From Eggerthellaceae bacterium (GTDB lineage: Bacteria; Bacteroidota; Bacteroidia; Bacteroidales; Bacteroidaceae): DNA of 64,000 bases. Below the pieces are notes generated by a model, which was given only the letters and a program-made list of their open reading frames with translations, was not told the origin of the DNA and did not search any database. The translations under genes and the position numbers were made by a program. The first letter of the stretch is position 1; each line of letters starts with the position of its first letter. Where the stretch lies: the NCBI GenBank assembly GCA_963656105.1, contig CAVKHW010000002.1, forward strand, positions 78,436-142,435, in the 5' to 3' direction. Shown here piece by piece: positions 28,799 through 37,727 of the stretch.

Positions 28799-29212
28799 AT
28801 GCAACACGCAGTAAAGAGATACCTCCTCATGGCCGTTTTCCCACTCTTGTCAAGTATGGGTGTGAATGCCCAGTGCCACAATTGCTGCCAACCGACATCC
28901 AGTGCCGTTGACACGGCAGCAGCGCCTGCATCCGAAGTGCTCAGCGCCCTTCGCCAACAGATCGATTCGCTCGACAGTACGCTCATCGAAATTCTTGCCA
29001 AGCGCATGCAGGTGTGTCTTGCCGTGGGCGAGTACAAGAAAGCCCACGGGGTGGCCGTGGTGCAGACCGACCGTTACCGCGAAATCGTAGCCAAGCGCAG
29101 CCGACAGGGAGCCGACAGAGGATTGGACAGCGGTTTCGTCGGCAAACTGATGGATCTTATCCACGATGAGTCGGTGCGGCAACAGGAAGCGTTGCAGCAG
29201 CAGGGCTATTGA
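28799..29212 (+). CDS. Chorismate mutase (AroQ class) with predicted signal peptide
   Basis: LRQQIDSLD..LIEILAKRM....VGEYK...VQTDRY...IHDESVRQQ; N-terminus KR + hydrophobic + VNA-Q; TAATTTTG promoter at 28766-28773. Confidence 0.82.
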   Translation: MQHAVKRYLLMAVFPLLSSMGVNAQCHNCCQPTSSAVDTAAAPASEVLSALRQQIDSLDSTLIEILAKRMQVCLAVGEYKKAHGVAVVQTDRYREIVAKRSRQGADRGLDSGFVGKLMDLIHDESVRQQEALQQQGY

Positions 29213-29317
29213 CCCGTGCAGGCAATGGAGGAAACACTGAAGGATAAACCTCGAAAACAAGGAAAAGCCATGGGGCGGAAGCAAGTAAAAAACATTGAAA
29301 AGTAAGCTCGCGAGAAG

Positions 29318-29683
29318 GGCATCGTTTCGAATGCAGACTTAGTTGGATGCAAATACGCCCGTTTTTCTTTGTTTTTTGTAAATGGCTGAAGGCGAGATAG
29401 TTATCCCTGTTTAGTATCTTTTCAGCCGTTGCGGGTCGTCAGCCGTTCTGCGAAAGATGGCCTATGACTCGGCGAAAGCTATCGTATCGCGATCCCTGCG
29501 GTGTGGCAAGACCGTGCGGTGAAGCACTGCAGGCACTGCGATAAGGCATCTTTCGCGCGGCAAGCACATGGTTCGATCCTTGCGGCGAGGCGTTTTACAG
29601 CTTGTTATGCGCTTTGCGGCGCCCGCGGCTTAGCTGGAAGCAGCAGTTGCGGAGACCCTGTTTTTTCAGAATATTTCGGACAA
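29318..29683 (+). repeat. Dispersed intergenic element, copy B
   Basis: GTAA at 29378; units at 29450, 29472, 29516, 29538, 29560, 29582; TTCAGAA at 29665. Confidence 0.7.
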
Positions 29684-29707
29684 CCTTGGCACGAAGACGG
29701 CCAAAGA

Positions 29708-29739
29708 TTTGTTGCAATGCTTTTTATTTCTTACATTTG
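29708..29739 (+). promoter_or_regulatory. Bacteroidetes housekeeping promoter for the PEtN transferase unit
   Basis: TTTG 29708-29711 and TACATTTG 29732-29739. Confidence 0.65.
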
Positions 29740-29777
29740 CACAATTATTGTGGCATGACCCACCAAGAATACACCCG

Positions 29778-31655
29778 ATGAAAACCATGATACCAATAGT
29801 CCGCCTACTGACCAGGCCGATCGTAGCCAACGGCACGTTCTTCGTGATGATGTATGTGCTGGGAGTGCTCTGCGCCGTGCTGACGCTGCCTCATTGGCGG
29901 GGTGCTCATCTCTACGAAAACCTGTTTGCAGAGCTTTTTCTCGATACCTATGTGGCCTGTGCGGTGCTGACGCTCCTGCCCTGCAGGGTGCGCCGATGGG
30001 TGCGCCGACTGCTCTATGTGGTGCTCTACACGGTGGCCGTGGTCGATGTTTATTGTTTTTGGAAATTCGGTTCCACACTCAATCCCACCATGTGGCTGCT
30101 GGTGGCCGAGACCGATGCGCGTGAGGCCAGCGAATTTCTGCGTTCTTACCTGTCGGCCGACGTGGTGTTCTCGCCCGTGGGCTGGCTGCTGTTGCTCGCT
30201 GTGGTGCATGCTGTGTGGGCAGCCCGCCACCGTCTGGCACTGCTGGTGGCATCCGCTCGCCGCTGCCGTTGGCAAGCGTCGTTGGCAAGCGTGCGCGCAC
30301 GCGTGAACCGCCCAGCCGTACAATACGGAGCCGCTATCGCGGTGGCCGTGCTGGTTGTGGTGTCGGCTGCGGCAAGCTATAATAATAAGGTGGGCATGAC
30401 CCAGCTGATGACTGCCCAAAGCATTGGCAAGGTGGAGCATCTGCTGACACAGAAAAACTGCGGCAATATGTATCTGCCCGTCTATCGACTCGTGTTCAGT
30501 TGGAACAGCAACCGGTTGGCTGACAAGCAAGTGGGACAGTGCATCGAGTCGGCGCGCCGCGCCAGCGTCGACTCGTGTTCGTTCCGGTCGCCTACCATTG
30601 TGCTCATCATCGGCGAGAGCTACGGCAAGCAACACTCGCAGCAATACGGCTATTTTCTCAAGACCACGCCCCGACAGGTGAAACGCGCCGAGAGCGGACT
30701 GCTGACGAGCTTCAGCGATGTGGTGAGCTGTTGGAACCTGACGAGCTTCGTGTTCAAGAACATCCTGTCGATGCACGTGGTGGGGCAGAAGGGTGAATGG
30801 TGCGACTATCCGCTTTTCCCCGAACTATTCCGCAAGGCCGGCTACCGCGTGACATTTCTCACCAACCAGTTTTTGCCCAAGGCCAAGGAAGCCGTCTACG
30901 ATTTCTCGGGCGGATTCTTCCTCAACGACCCCACGCTCAGCGAAGCACAGTTCGATCTGCGCAACAAGAAGACACACCGCATGGATGACGGTCTGCTGAA
31001 GGACTACGACCAGCTGCTTAGCGACGGAAAAATAAACCTAAAGGGCGACTCGGCACACAACCTCATCATCTTCCATCTTATCGGACAGCACGTCAACTAC
31101 CGCACGCGGTGTACCAATGCGCAGCGCGTGTTCGGCCCCGAAGCCTACCAGGAGCGACGCCCGGAGCTCAGCGGCAAGCAGCGCCGCATACTGGCCGACT
31201 ACGACAACGCCGTGCGCTACAACGACTCGATAGTCGATGCCATCATATCGCGTTTCGAAAACAAGGATGCCATCATCGTCTACATGCCCGACCACGGAGA
31301 GGAATGCTACGAACCCGGCCGCAACTTCATCTGCCGCAATCATAGCGCAAAGGTCGACTGGCCGCTGGCTCACTACGAGTTCGAGGTGCCATTCTGGATC
31401 TATTGCTCGCACCGTTATGCCGTGCGCCACCCCGAGGTGTTCAAAGCCGTGAAAGATGCCAAGGACAAGCCCTTCATGACCGATGCCTTGCCCCATATGC
31501 TGGTGTGGCTGGCTGGCATAGGGTCGAGCGACTACCACGGGCGGTACAACCTCCTCTCGCCCGACTACGATGCCGCAAGGCCACGCATATTGAAGAACAG
31601 CGCCGACTACGATATCCTGCGTTCGAAAGCACTTAACAACAAAAAACATGAATGA
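29778..31655 (+). CDS. Phosphoethanolamine transferase (EptA/CptA-like)
   Basis: N-terminal TM segments; IIGES, CWNLTS (catalytic Thr position), HLIGQH, YDNAVRYND, PDHGE, VPFWI. Confidence 0.87.
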   Translation: MKTMIPIVRLLTRPIVANGTFFVMMYVLGVLCAVLTLPHWRGAHLYENLFAELFLDTYVACAVLTLLPCRVRRWVRRLLYVVLYTVAVVDVYCFWKFGSTLNPTMWLLVAETDAREASEFLRSYLSADVVFSPVGWLLLLAVVHAVWAARHRLALLVASARRCRWQASLASVRARVNRPAVQYGAAIAVAVLVVVSAAASYNNKVGMTQLMTAQSIGKVEHLLTQKNCGNMYLPVYRLVFSWNSNRLADKQVGQCIESARRASVDSCSFRSPTIVLIIGESYGKQHSQQYGYFLKTTPRQVKRAESGLLTSFSDVVSCWNLTSFVFKNILSMHVVGQKGEWCDYPLFPELFRKAGYRVTFLTNQFLPKAKEAVYDFSGGFFLNDPTLSEAQFDLRNKKTHRMDDGLLKDYDQLLSDGKINLKGDSAHNLIIFHLIGQHVNYRTRCTNAQRVFGPEAYQERRPELSGKQRRILADYDNAVRYNDSIVDAIISRFENKDAIIVYMPDHGEECYEPGRNFICRNHSAKVDWPLAHYEFEVPFWIYCSHRYAVRHPEVFKAVKDAKDKPFMTDALPHMLVWLAGIGSSDYHGRYNLLSPDYDAARPRILKNSADYDILRSKALNNKKHE

Positions 31656-32724
31656 CGGACTACTCACCCGCGCCGAGTGCGCCGCCCTGCGCGGACTGGC
31701 CATCATCGGCATCTTCCTGCACAACTACTGCCACTGGCTGGGGCCAGTGGTCAAGGAGAACGAATACACCTACTCGCAGCACAACGTGGACTGGTTCGAG
31801 GCCGTAATAGCCAACCCCGACAACCTGTTGGCCGCTCACCTGCTGTCGTTCTTCGGACACTATGGCGTGCCGGTGTTCCTGTTCCTCAGTGCCTACGGAC
31901 TCGAACTGAAGTACGGTCGCAGTCTCTATGTGGCACCTTGGAGGTTCGTGAAATACCACTGGAAGAAACTGTTCAGCATGATGCTGGTGGGGTTTGTCAG
32001 CTTCACGGTCATCGATGCCATAACACCCGGACGATGGCACTACACCTTCACGCAGGTGGTGGCACAACTGGCCATGGTCAATAATCTGCTGGCCGATCCC
32101 GACCATAATATCTGGCCCGGGCCGTTCTGGTTCTTCGGCCTTATGCTGCAGCTCTACATCGTCTACCGGTTGTTGCTTTATAAGCGGCACTGGGGCTGGA
32201 CAGCAGGAGCCATGGCAGTGTGTCTTGGTGTGCAGCTTGTGCTGGCACCCGAGGGCGAACTGCTCAACTGCTACCGTTACAATTTTATGGGCGGCATGTT
32301 GCCTTTCGGCCTGGGACTGCTCTTTGCACGGTATGGCGACCGCATCATCCTCACACACCTCAACACGCTGAGCCTGTTGGTATCGGTGGTGATGTGCGGT
32401 TTCCTCATCAAGTGGATGAGTGGCAATTTCATCCTCTGGTCGCTCGTTCCGCTGGTGGTCTGCGCTTTCAGCGTCTATCTGGTAAAACTCATTGCACAGA
32501 CTGCCCACACGGCCGTAGGCTCCCGGCTGATGGAGGCGCTGGTGTGGATGGGCGATATTTCGGCAGCACTCTTTGTTGTCCACCCCACGTTGCGCAAGGT
32601 GTTCATTCCCATTTCGCGCCACGGTGATGTCTACACCGGACTGCTGCTCTACACCATAGCGGCCATCGGCGTGGCTTGGCTCATCCGTTTGGTCATGACA
32701 AAGATACCTAAGCCGCACATGTAA
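31648..32724 (+). CDS. Acyltransferase-3 family membrane O-acyltransferase
   Basis: LRGLAIIGIFLHN, GVPVFLFLSAYGL, WFFGLMLQLY, MGDISAALFVVH. Confidence 0.85.
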   Translation: MNDGLLTRAECAALRGLAIIGIFLHNYCHWLGPVVKENEYTYSQHNVDWFEAVIANPDNLLAAHLLSFFGHYGVPVFLFLSAYGLELKYGRSLYVAPWRFVKYHWKKLFSMMLVGFVSFTVIDAITPGRWHYTFTQVVAQLAMVNNLLADPDHNIWPGPFWFFGLMLQLYIVYRLLLYKRHWGWTAGAMAVCLGVQLVLAPEGELLNCYRYNFMGGMLPFGLGLLFARYGDRIILTHLNTLSLLVSVVMCGFLIKWMSGNFILWSLVPLVVCAFSVYLVKLIAQTAHTAVGSRLMEALVWMGDISAALFVVHPTLRKVFIPISRHGDVYTGLLLYTIAAIGVAWLIRLVMTKIPKPHM

Positions 32725-32747
32725 TCCTGTCAACCACCTACCTTGCC

Positions 32748-33743
32748 ATGCGAATACCCGATATCGAACTACAGAACATCAGCCGCTACCGTGCCCAGCT
32801 CATGGGCGCGGCCATGCTCTTCATTATGCTCTTCCACATCGATTTGGCACGCTCCGACCTTTTCTTTGGCTTGCGGCGCATGGGAAACATTGGGGTCGAC
32901 ATGTTTCTCTTTCTAAGTGGCGTGGGGCTGTGGTTCTCATGGATGAAACATCCGTCGTACCGACATTTCTACACCCGACGACTGGTGCGTATCTATCCCA
33001 CATGGCTCGTCGTGGCTTGCCTCTACTACATCCCGCGTATCCCCGTACACGATTTTGCATCGGGGCTCAACCTTTTTATGGAAATAACCGTCAACTGGAA
33101 CTTCTGGCTACACGACGAACTCAACTTCTGGTACATTCCGGCTATCATGGCGCTCTATCTCCTGGCCCCTCCCTATATGGCTCTCATCCGCCGCCACCCC
33201 GTCTACCGGTGGCTACCGGTGGTCATGATCATGTGGTGCATACTGGTGCAATGGGTGACACCGATACACCGTGCTGTTGGCCATCTTGAAATCTTTTGGA
33301 GCCGTGTACCCATCTTCTTTATCGGTGTGGGCATGGGCGAAATGGTAAGGCAAAAGCGTACCATCGACGGACAAGGCATCTGGATGCTGTGGATCATGTT
33401 CCTCATGGCGTTGCTCTCCAGCCTTTTCCTCGAGCAGGTACGCCACGGGCAATTTCCTCTTTTCATCGAGCGCATGCTCTACATCCCGCTTACCGTTACC
33501 GCCGTTCTGCTCTTGAACCGCATCTTCAGACGGCTGCCCGGAGGAGTCAACCGCATCTTTGCCTTTGTCGGCGGATTGAGCCTGGAATGTTATCTCATAC
33601 ATATCCACTTCGTGCTCGACCGCTTGCCGCGCGCCTGGACCTACTGGCCCACGTTCCTCGTGTGCTTGATCGTTACTGTGCCGTTGGCCTGGATGTTGAA
33701 CAAAGCTGTGGGATGGGCTACACATCGCTGGACGCGACACTGA
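32748..33743 (+). CDS. Acyltransferase-3 family membrane O-acyltransferase
   Basis: LMGAAMLFIMLFH, GVDMFLFLSGVGL, RRLVRIYP, WYIPAIMALYLLAP, GGLSLECYLIH. Confidence 0.85.
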   Translation: MRIPDIELQNISRYRAQLMGAAMLFIMLFHIDLARSDLFFGLRRMGNIGVDMFLFLSGVGLWFSWMKHPSYRHFYTRRLVRIYPTWLVVACLYYIPRIPVHDFASGLNLFMEITVNWNFWLHDELNFWYIPAIMALYLLAPPYMALIRRHPVYRWLPVVMIMWCILVQWVTPIHRAVGHLEIFWSRVPIFFIGVGMGEMVRQKRTIDGQGIWMLWIMFLMALLSSLFLEQVRHGQFPLFIERMLYIPLTVTAVLLLNRIFRRLPGGVNRIFAFVGGLSLECYLIHIHFVLDRLPRAWTYWPTFLVCLIVTVPLAWMLNKAVGWATHRWTRH

Positions 33744-33805
33744 ACAGGGCTGTTGATCCGCAAAAAAAGACGGATGGATGAATGTGCGAAACGATATTTT
33801 TTAAC

Positions 33806-33813
33806 TAATTTTG
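33806..33813 (+). promoter_or_regulatory. -7 promoter element for the ubiA-HAD-gtrA/DUF6080 unit
   Basis: TAATTTTG in an AT-rich gap about 60 nt before the start codon. Confidence 0.55.
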
Positions 33814-33871
33814 CAATATAAATGTAAAAAAGGTGCGTGCCGCCCTTCAACGCACGAAAACAAGAATAACC

Positions 33872-34807
33872 ATGACAGAACCGCATAATCGTCCATCGGG
33901 TCACAATAGAAAGTTGCGCGCCTTAATACGGCTCATACGGCCTTCGCAGTGGCTAAAAAACATCTTTGTATTCGCGCCGCTGCTCTTTGGAGGTGCCTTG
34001 CTTGATGGGGGAGCCTTGTGGGCGGGGCTGGTAGCTATGCTGTCGTTTTGTTTCGCAGCATCGAGCATCTACTGCTTCAACGATATCCACGATGTGCCCG
34101 ACGACCGGCGCCATCCCGAGAAGTGCCACCGGCCCATAGCAAGTGGCGTAGTCAGCGTGGCCGAAGCCTATGGACTGATGGCGCTGCTGTTGTTCTTGAG
34201 TGTGGGCACGACGCTGCTGCTTCCTCTCACACAGGCCTCAGCGAATGGTTGGGCTGCGCTTTGTGTGATACTATTCTATTGGCTTCTTAATCTGGCCTAT
34301 TGTGCCAAGCTCAAGCAATACGCCATCATCGACGTGTGCATAGTGGCCTTCGGATTTGTGCTGCGCATGCTGGCAGGAGGTGAGGCCGCCGGCATCGAAC
34401 TGAGCCATTGGATAGTACTCATGACCTTTCTCATAACACTCTTTATGAGTTTTGCCAAGCGCCGCGACGACGTGCTGCGCATGGAACGCACCGGAGAGGC
34501 ACCACGCAAGAATACAATACGCTACAATGCCACCTTCATGGATCAAGCGCTTACCATCACGGCTTCTGTCACACTCGTGTGTTACATCATGTACACGGTC
34601 AGCCCAGAGGTGATGCAGCGTTTCCATACCGACAAACTCTATCTGACAAGCATCTTCGTGCTGCTCGGGCTGCTGCGCTATATACAAGTGGCTGTGGTAG
34701 ATAAACAGAGCGGAAACCCCACCAAGGTGGTGCTGCACGACCGTTTCATACAGCTCGATTTGTTGGCATGGCTTGTCACATTCATAATCATTATCTATGC
34801 AGCATGA
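33872..34807 (+). CDS. UbiA-family polyprenyl-phosphate phosphoribosyltransferase (DPPR synthase-like)
   Basis: RPSQWLKN, YCFNDIHDVPDDRRHPEKCHRPIASG, GFVLR, AKRRDD, GLLRY, SGNPT - hallmarks of the Rv3806c-like subgroup. Confidence 0.87.
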   Translation: MTEPHNRPSGHNRKLRALIRLIRPSQWLKNIFVFAPLLFGGALLDGGALWAGLVAMLSFCFAASSIYCFNDIHDVPDDRRHPEKCHRPIASGVVSVAEAYGLMALLLFLSVGTTLLLPLTQASANGWAALCVILFYWLLNLAYCAKLKQYAIIDVCIVAFGFVLRMLAGGEAAGIELSHWIVLMTFLITLFMSFAKRRDDVLRMERTGEAPRKNTIRYNATFMDQALTITASVTLVCYIMYTVSPEVMQRFHTDKLYLTSIFVLLGLLRYIQVAVVDKQSGNPTKVVLHDRFIQLDLLAWLVTFIIIIYAA

Positions 34808-34840
34808 GACAAAGCGCAGAAACGCAAATACTTCGGATGG

Positions 34841-35446
34841 ATGAAAAATAGGCAAACTCTCTACGTGTTCGATTTCGACGGCACACTCACCAAGTGCGAT
34901 ACGTTGTTGGCCTTCATACGCTATGTGAAAGGCACAAGACGCTTATTGCTGAGCCTGTTGCTGATGTTGCCCAAACTGTTGCTGATGAAACTTGGGCTGC
35001 GCGATAACGGACGAACCAAAGAGGAACTCTTTGCCCGCCATTTCGGAGACATGCAACTTGCCGAATTTAAGGCCTACGGCTCTACGTTTGCATGCCAGAA
35101 GCAACTGTTGCGCACAAAGGCTGTGGATGCCCTGCGCACTGCGTCAGAAAAGGGCGCGCGTCTCTTTGTGGTCAGTGCCAGCGTTACCGAATGGGTGGAA
35201 CCATTTCTTTGTGGGAAGGCTATTGTGTTGGGTACACGGCCAGAGGTGAAGGATGGTAAATTAACAGGTCGTTTCAGCACTCCAAACTGCTACGGCCAAG
35301 AAAAAGTAAACAGGCTCAAAGCGGCGGTCGAAGGTCTCGAAAGCCACAGGAGCGATTATTATATCATAGCCTTCGGTGATAGCCGGGGCGACAAAGAAAT
35401 GCTCGAATTTGCAGATGAATCACATTACAAACCATTCAGATCATAA
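34841..35446 (+). CDS. HAD-IB family phosphatase
   Basis: FDFDGTLT, VVSAS, NCYGQEKV, AFGDSRGDKEML. Confidence 0.9.
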   Translation: MKNRQTLYVFDFDGTLTKCDTLLAFIRYVKGTRRLLLSLLLMLPKLLLMKLGLRDNGRTKEELFARHFGDMQLAEFKAYGSTFACQKQLLRTKAVDALRTASEKGARLFVVSASVTEWVEPFLCGKAIVLGTRPEVKDGKLTGRFSTPNCYGQEKVNRLKAAVEGLESHRSDYYIIAFGDSRGDKEMLEFADESHYKPFRS

Positions 35447-37283
35447 CGCTCATCCTTCCCGTCGAATATTCGGAGCATCATGGGGAGAAATCGTGCGCTT
35501 TGCCCTTGTGGGCGCTATCGCAACTGCCATACAGTACGTCGTGTACCTTTTGCTGCTGCAGTTGGTTCATTGTGGGGTTAACGTGGCCAATACGGTAGGA
35601 TATGTTGTGAGCTTCGTGTTCAACTTTATCGCTTCCACGCGCTACACGTTTCGTGTGCAGGCCACAGCGGGAAGAGGGCTGGCCTTTGCCTTCTGCCATC
35701 TCGTAAACTATCTTTTGCAACTCTCCACGCTCAACATCTTTGTTGCTCTGGGACTCTCCAAGCAACTCGCACCACTGCCTATGTTTGCCGTGTGTGTGCC
35801 AGTCAATTTCCTGATGGTGCGCTATTTTCTAAAGCGCGCGGCATCGCTTCAGAATCCATTCTATATCTTCCGCATCAAGCCTGCAGAGCGTTGGGTGGCT
35901 GTGGGAGCCTTAATCTATGGCATATTGGCCAATGCTTTGGTGATGTGTGCCTATTGGATGGATCTCAGTCAGATAACAGGCAACTACCGAAAGGTGGTTA
36001 CCCGTGTGTTCCATATATCGGGATACGACCCTATAAGCTATCTTGTGCTTACCGATTGGAGTGCCGGTTATAACATCTATCGGCATCCGCTTTTGGCTTT
36101 TTTCATGTGGGTGCCTTGTCAAATAAACCAAGGACTGATGGCTCTTACGGGTGTTAACTGCTCGATGGCCGTAATGGCTGTCATCCTGATTTTCTGCTGC
36201 GTCTATAGCGCTGTGTTCCTATGGCGTGTCCTCAGCGAAATCATTGGGCTTTCGAAAACTGACTCAACGTTACTCACGGCGTTACTCTATTCGTTTGGTT
36301 ATACCATGGTTATTGTGAGCGTTCCTGACCATTTTTGCCTGTCTATGTTTATGCTCATCCTTACGCTCTATGTAGCAGGCAAGAAAATGAAGGCTGGCCA
36401 CCTTTATACCAAGTGGCAAACGGTGCTGTTCTTTATCCTTACGGCAGGTATCTCGCTTAACAATGGAATTAAGGTTTTCTTGGCAAGTCTATTTACAAAC
36501 GGACGTCGCTTTTGGCGCCCTGCTCATCTGTTGCTGGCCGTAATATTACCATCGGTGCTCATTTGGGTGGCCGCCCGGCAGGAGTGGAAAACCCTTGAAC
36601 GTCCAAACTATTTAGCCCGGCAGGCCAAGAAAAAGGCTCAAGCCGAGCGCGATAGGGCGCGCATATCTCAGGCTTTCAGAGATACCACACAACTAACCGA
36701 CAGTGTGCAGATTGCTCAAGGCATCGATCGTATTGTAAAACAGAAAATAAGGGCTAAGTATGTGCGTGACCATAAGAAGGCGTGGAATCTGCACAAGGGC
36801 AAGCCTATCAATCAATCGGAGTTCGGTTCGTGGACGGATATTTCCACGCCACGCGGTGAATCGCTGGTGGAGAATATCTTTGGTGAGCCAATACAGATAC
36901 ACCAGGACTATACGCTGCTTGATGCTTTAGTGAATCGTCCGGTAATTGTGAGCTACCGTTGGATATGGAACTATGTAGTAGAAGGTGTGGTAGCATTGTT
37001 GTTTTTGGTAGGTATATGGTATGGCAGGCATAGCCGTTACTTGTGGCTTGCATTGTCGTTTTTCGGTTTCGACATGGTTATCCATTTTGTTTTGGGCTTT
37101 GGTCTAAATGAGGTTTATATCATGTCGCCCCATTGGCTTTTCATCATTCCCATTGCGGTGGCTTACTTTGTGCGGCGAGTAGCGCCTACGCGGTGGTGCG
37201 TGCCGTTGCGTTTGTTCTTGGGATTGCTGGCGCTTTACCTTGTTGTTTGGAACGCTGTGCTCTACATAAGCTACATGGTGTAG
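35415..37283 (+). CDS. GtrA-family flippase domain fused to a multi-TM DUF6080-like membrane domain
   Basis: N-terminal 4-TM GtrA (RFALVG...ANTVGY..SFVFNF....YTF...VNFLMVRYF), then ~480 aa polytopic domain (ISGYDP, RHPLL, PDHF, LGFGLNEVYIMSPHW). DUF6080 assignment is from memory. Confidence 0.72.
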   Translation: MNHITNHSDHNAHPSRRIFGASWGEIVRFALVGAIATAIQYVVYLLLLQLVHCGVNVANTVGYVVSFVFNFIASTRYTFRVQATAGRGLAFAFCHLVNYLLQLSTLNIFVALGLSKQLAPLPMFAVCVPVNFLMVRYFLKRAASLQNPFYIFRIKPAERWVAVGALIYGILANALVMCAYWMDLSQITGNYRKVVTRVFHISGYDPISYLVLTDWSAGYNIYRHPLLAFFMWVPCQINQGLMALTGVNCSMAVMAVILIFCCVYSAVFLWRVLSEIIGLSKTDSTLLTALLYSFGYTMVIVSVPDHFCLSMFMLILTLYVAGKKMKAGHLYTKWQTVLFFILTAGISLNNGIKVFLASLFTNGRRFWRPAHLLLAVILPSVLIWVAARQEWKTLERPNYLARQAKKKAQAERDRARISQAFRDTTQLTDSVQIAQGIDRIVKQKIRAKYVRDHKKAWNLHKGKPINQSEFGSWTDISTPRGESLVENIFGEPIQIHQDYTLLDALVNRPVIVSYRWIWNYVVEGVVALLFLVGIWYGRHSRYLWLALSFFGFDMVIHFVLGFGLNEVYIMSPHWLFIIPIAVAYFVRRVAPTRWCVPLRLFLGLLALYLVVWNAVLYISYMV

Positions 37284-37344
37284 CCGTCGGCAAGGCTATT
37301 TCATGGTTTGGGACGCTTGTTGCTTGACGGCGTTGGGGTAGTGC

Positions 37345-37537
37345 AAAAAAATACGCTGAAACTCATCCGCGAGCTCCAACGTACAACTATGTTTAACTAA
37401 AAATCCTTTTCAAACGAAATGAAAACCTCACGGTCTCCATTGTTTTCCGTTAAACAATCTATCAATCTACCTTAAACCTAATAACTAAAAACCTAAATCT
37501 ATTACTACTAACCTAAACAATCTATTAACCTTTTGAC
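37345..37537 (-). ncRNA. Candidate small RNA (~190 nt)
   Basis: TAATTTTG -7 element (minus, 37542-37549), 85-nt C-free repeated-motif 5' part, GUGA-tetraloop hairpin 37418-37441, terminator hairpin 37352-37383 + U7. Confidence 0.7.
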
Positions 37538-37727
37538 GCTGCAAAATTACATCTAAATAGTTTTCCGTGCAATAGAAAAGATGCAATTTATTTTCAAAAC
37601 AACTCTTTAATTGATATAAATCAATAGTTGTGTTCGCACACATTATCTTTTTTCGCTTATTTTTAGGATTCGAACGGATTGTTTCAAGCTACTTTTATTA
37701 TCTTTGCATGAAAACAATATATAGTTT

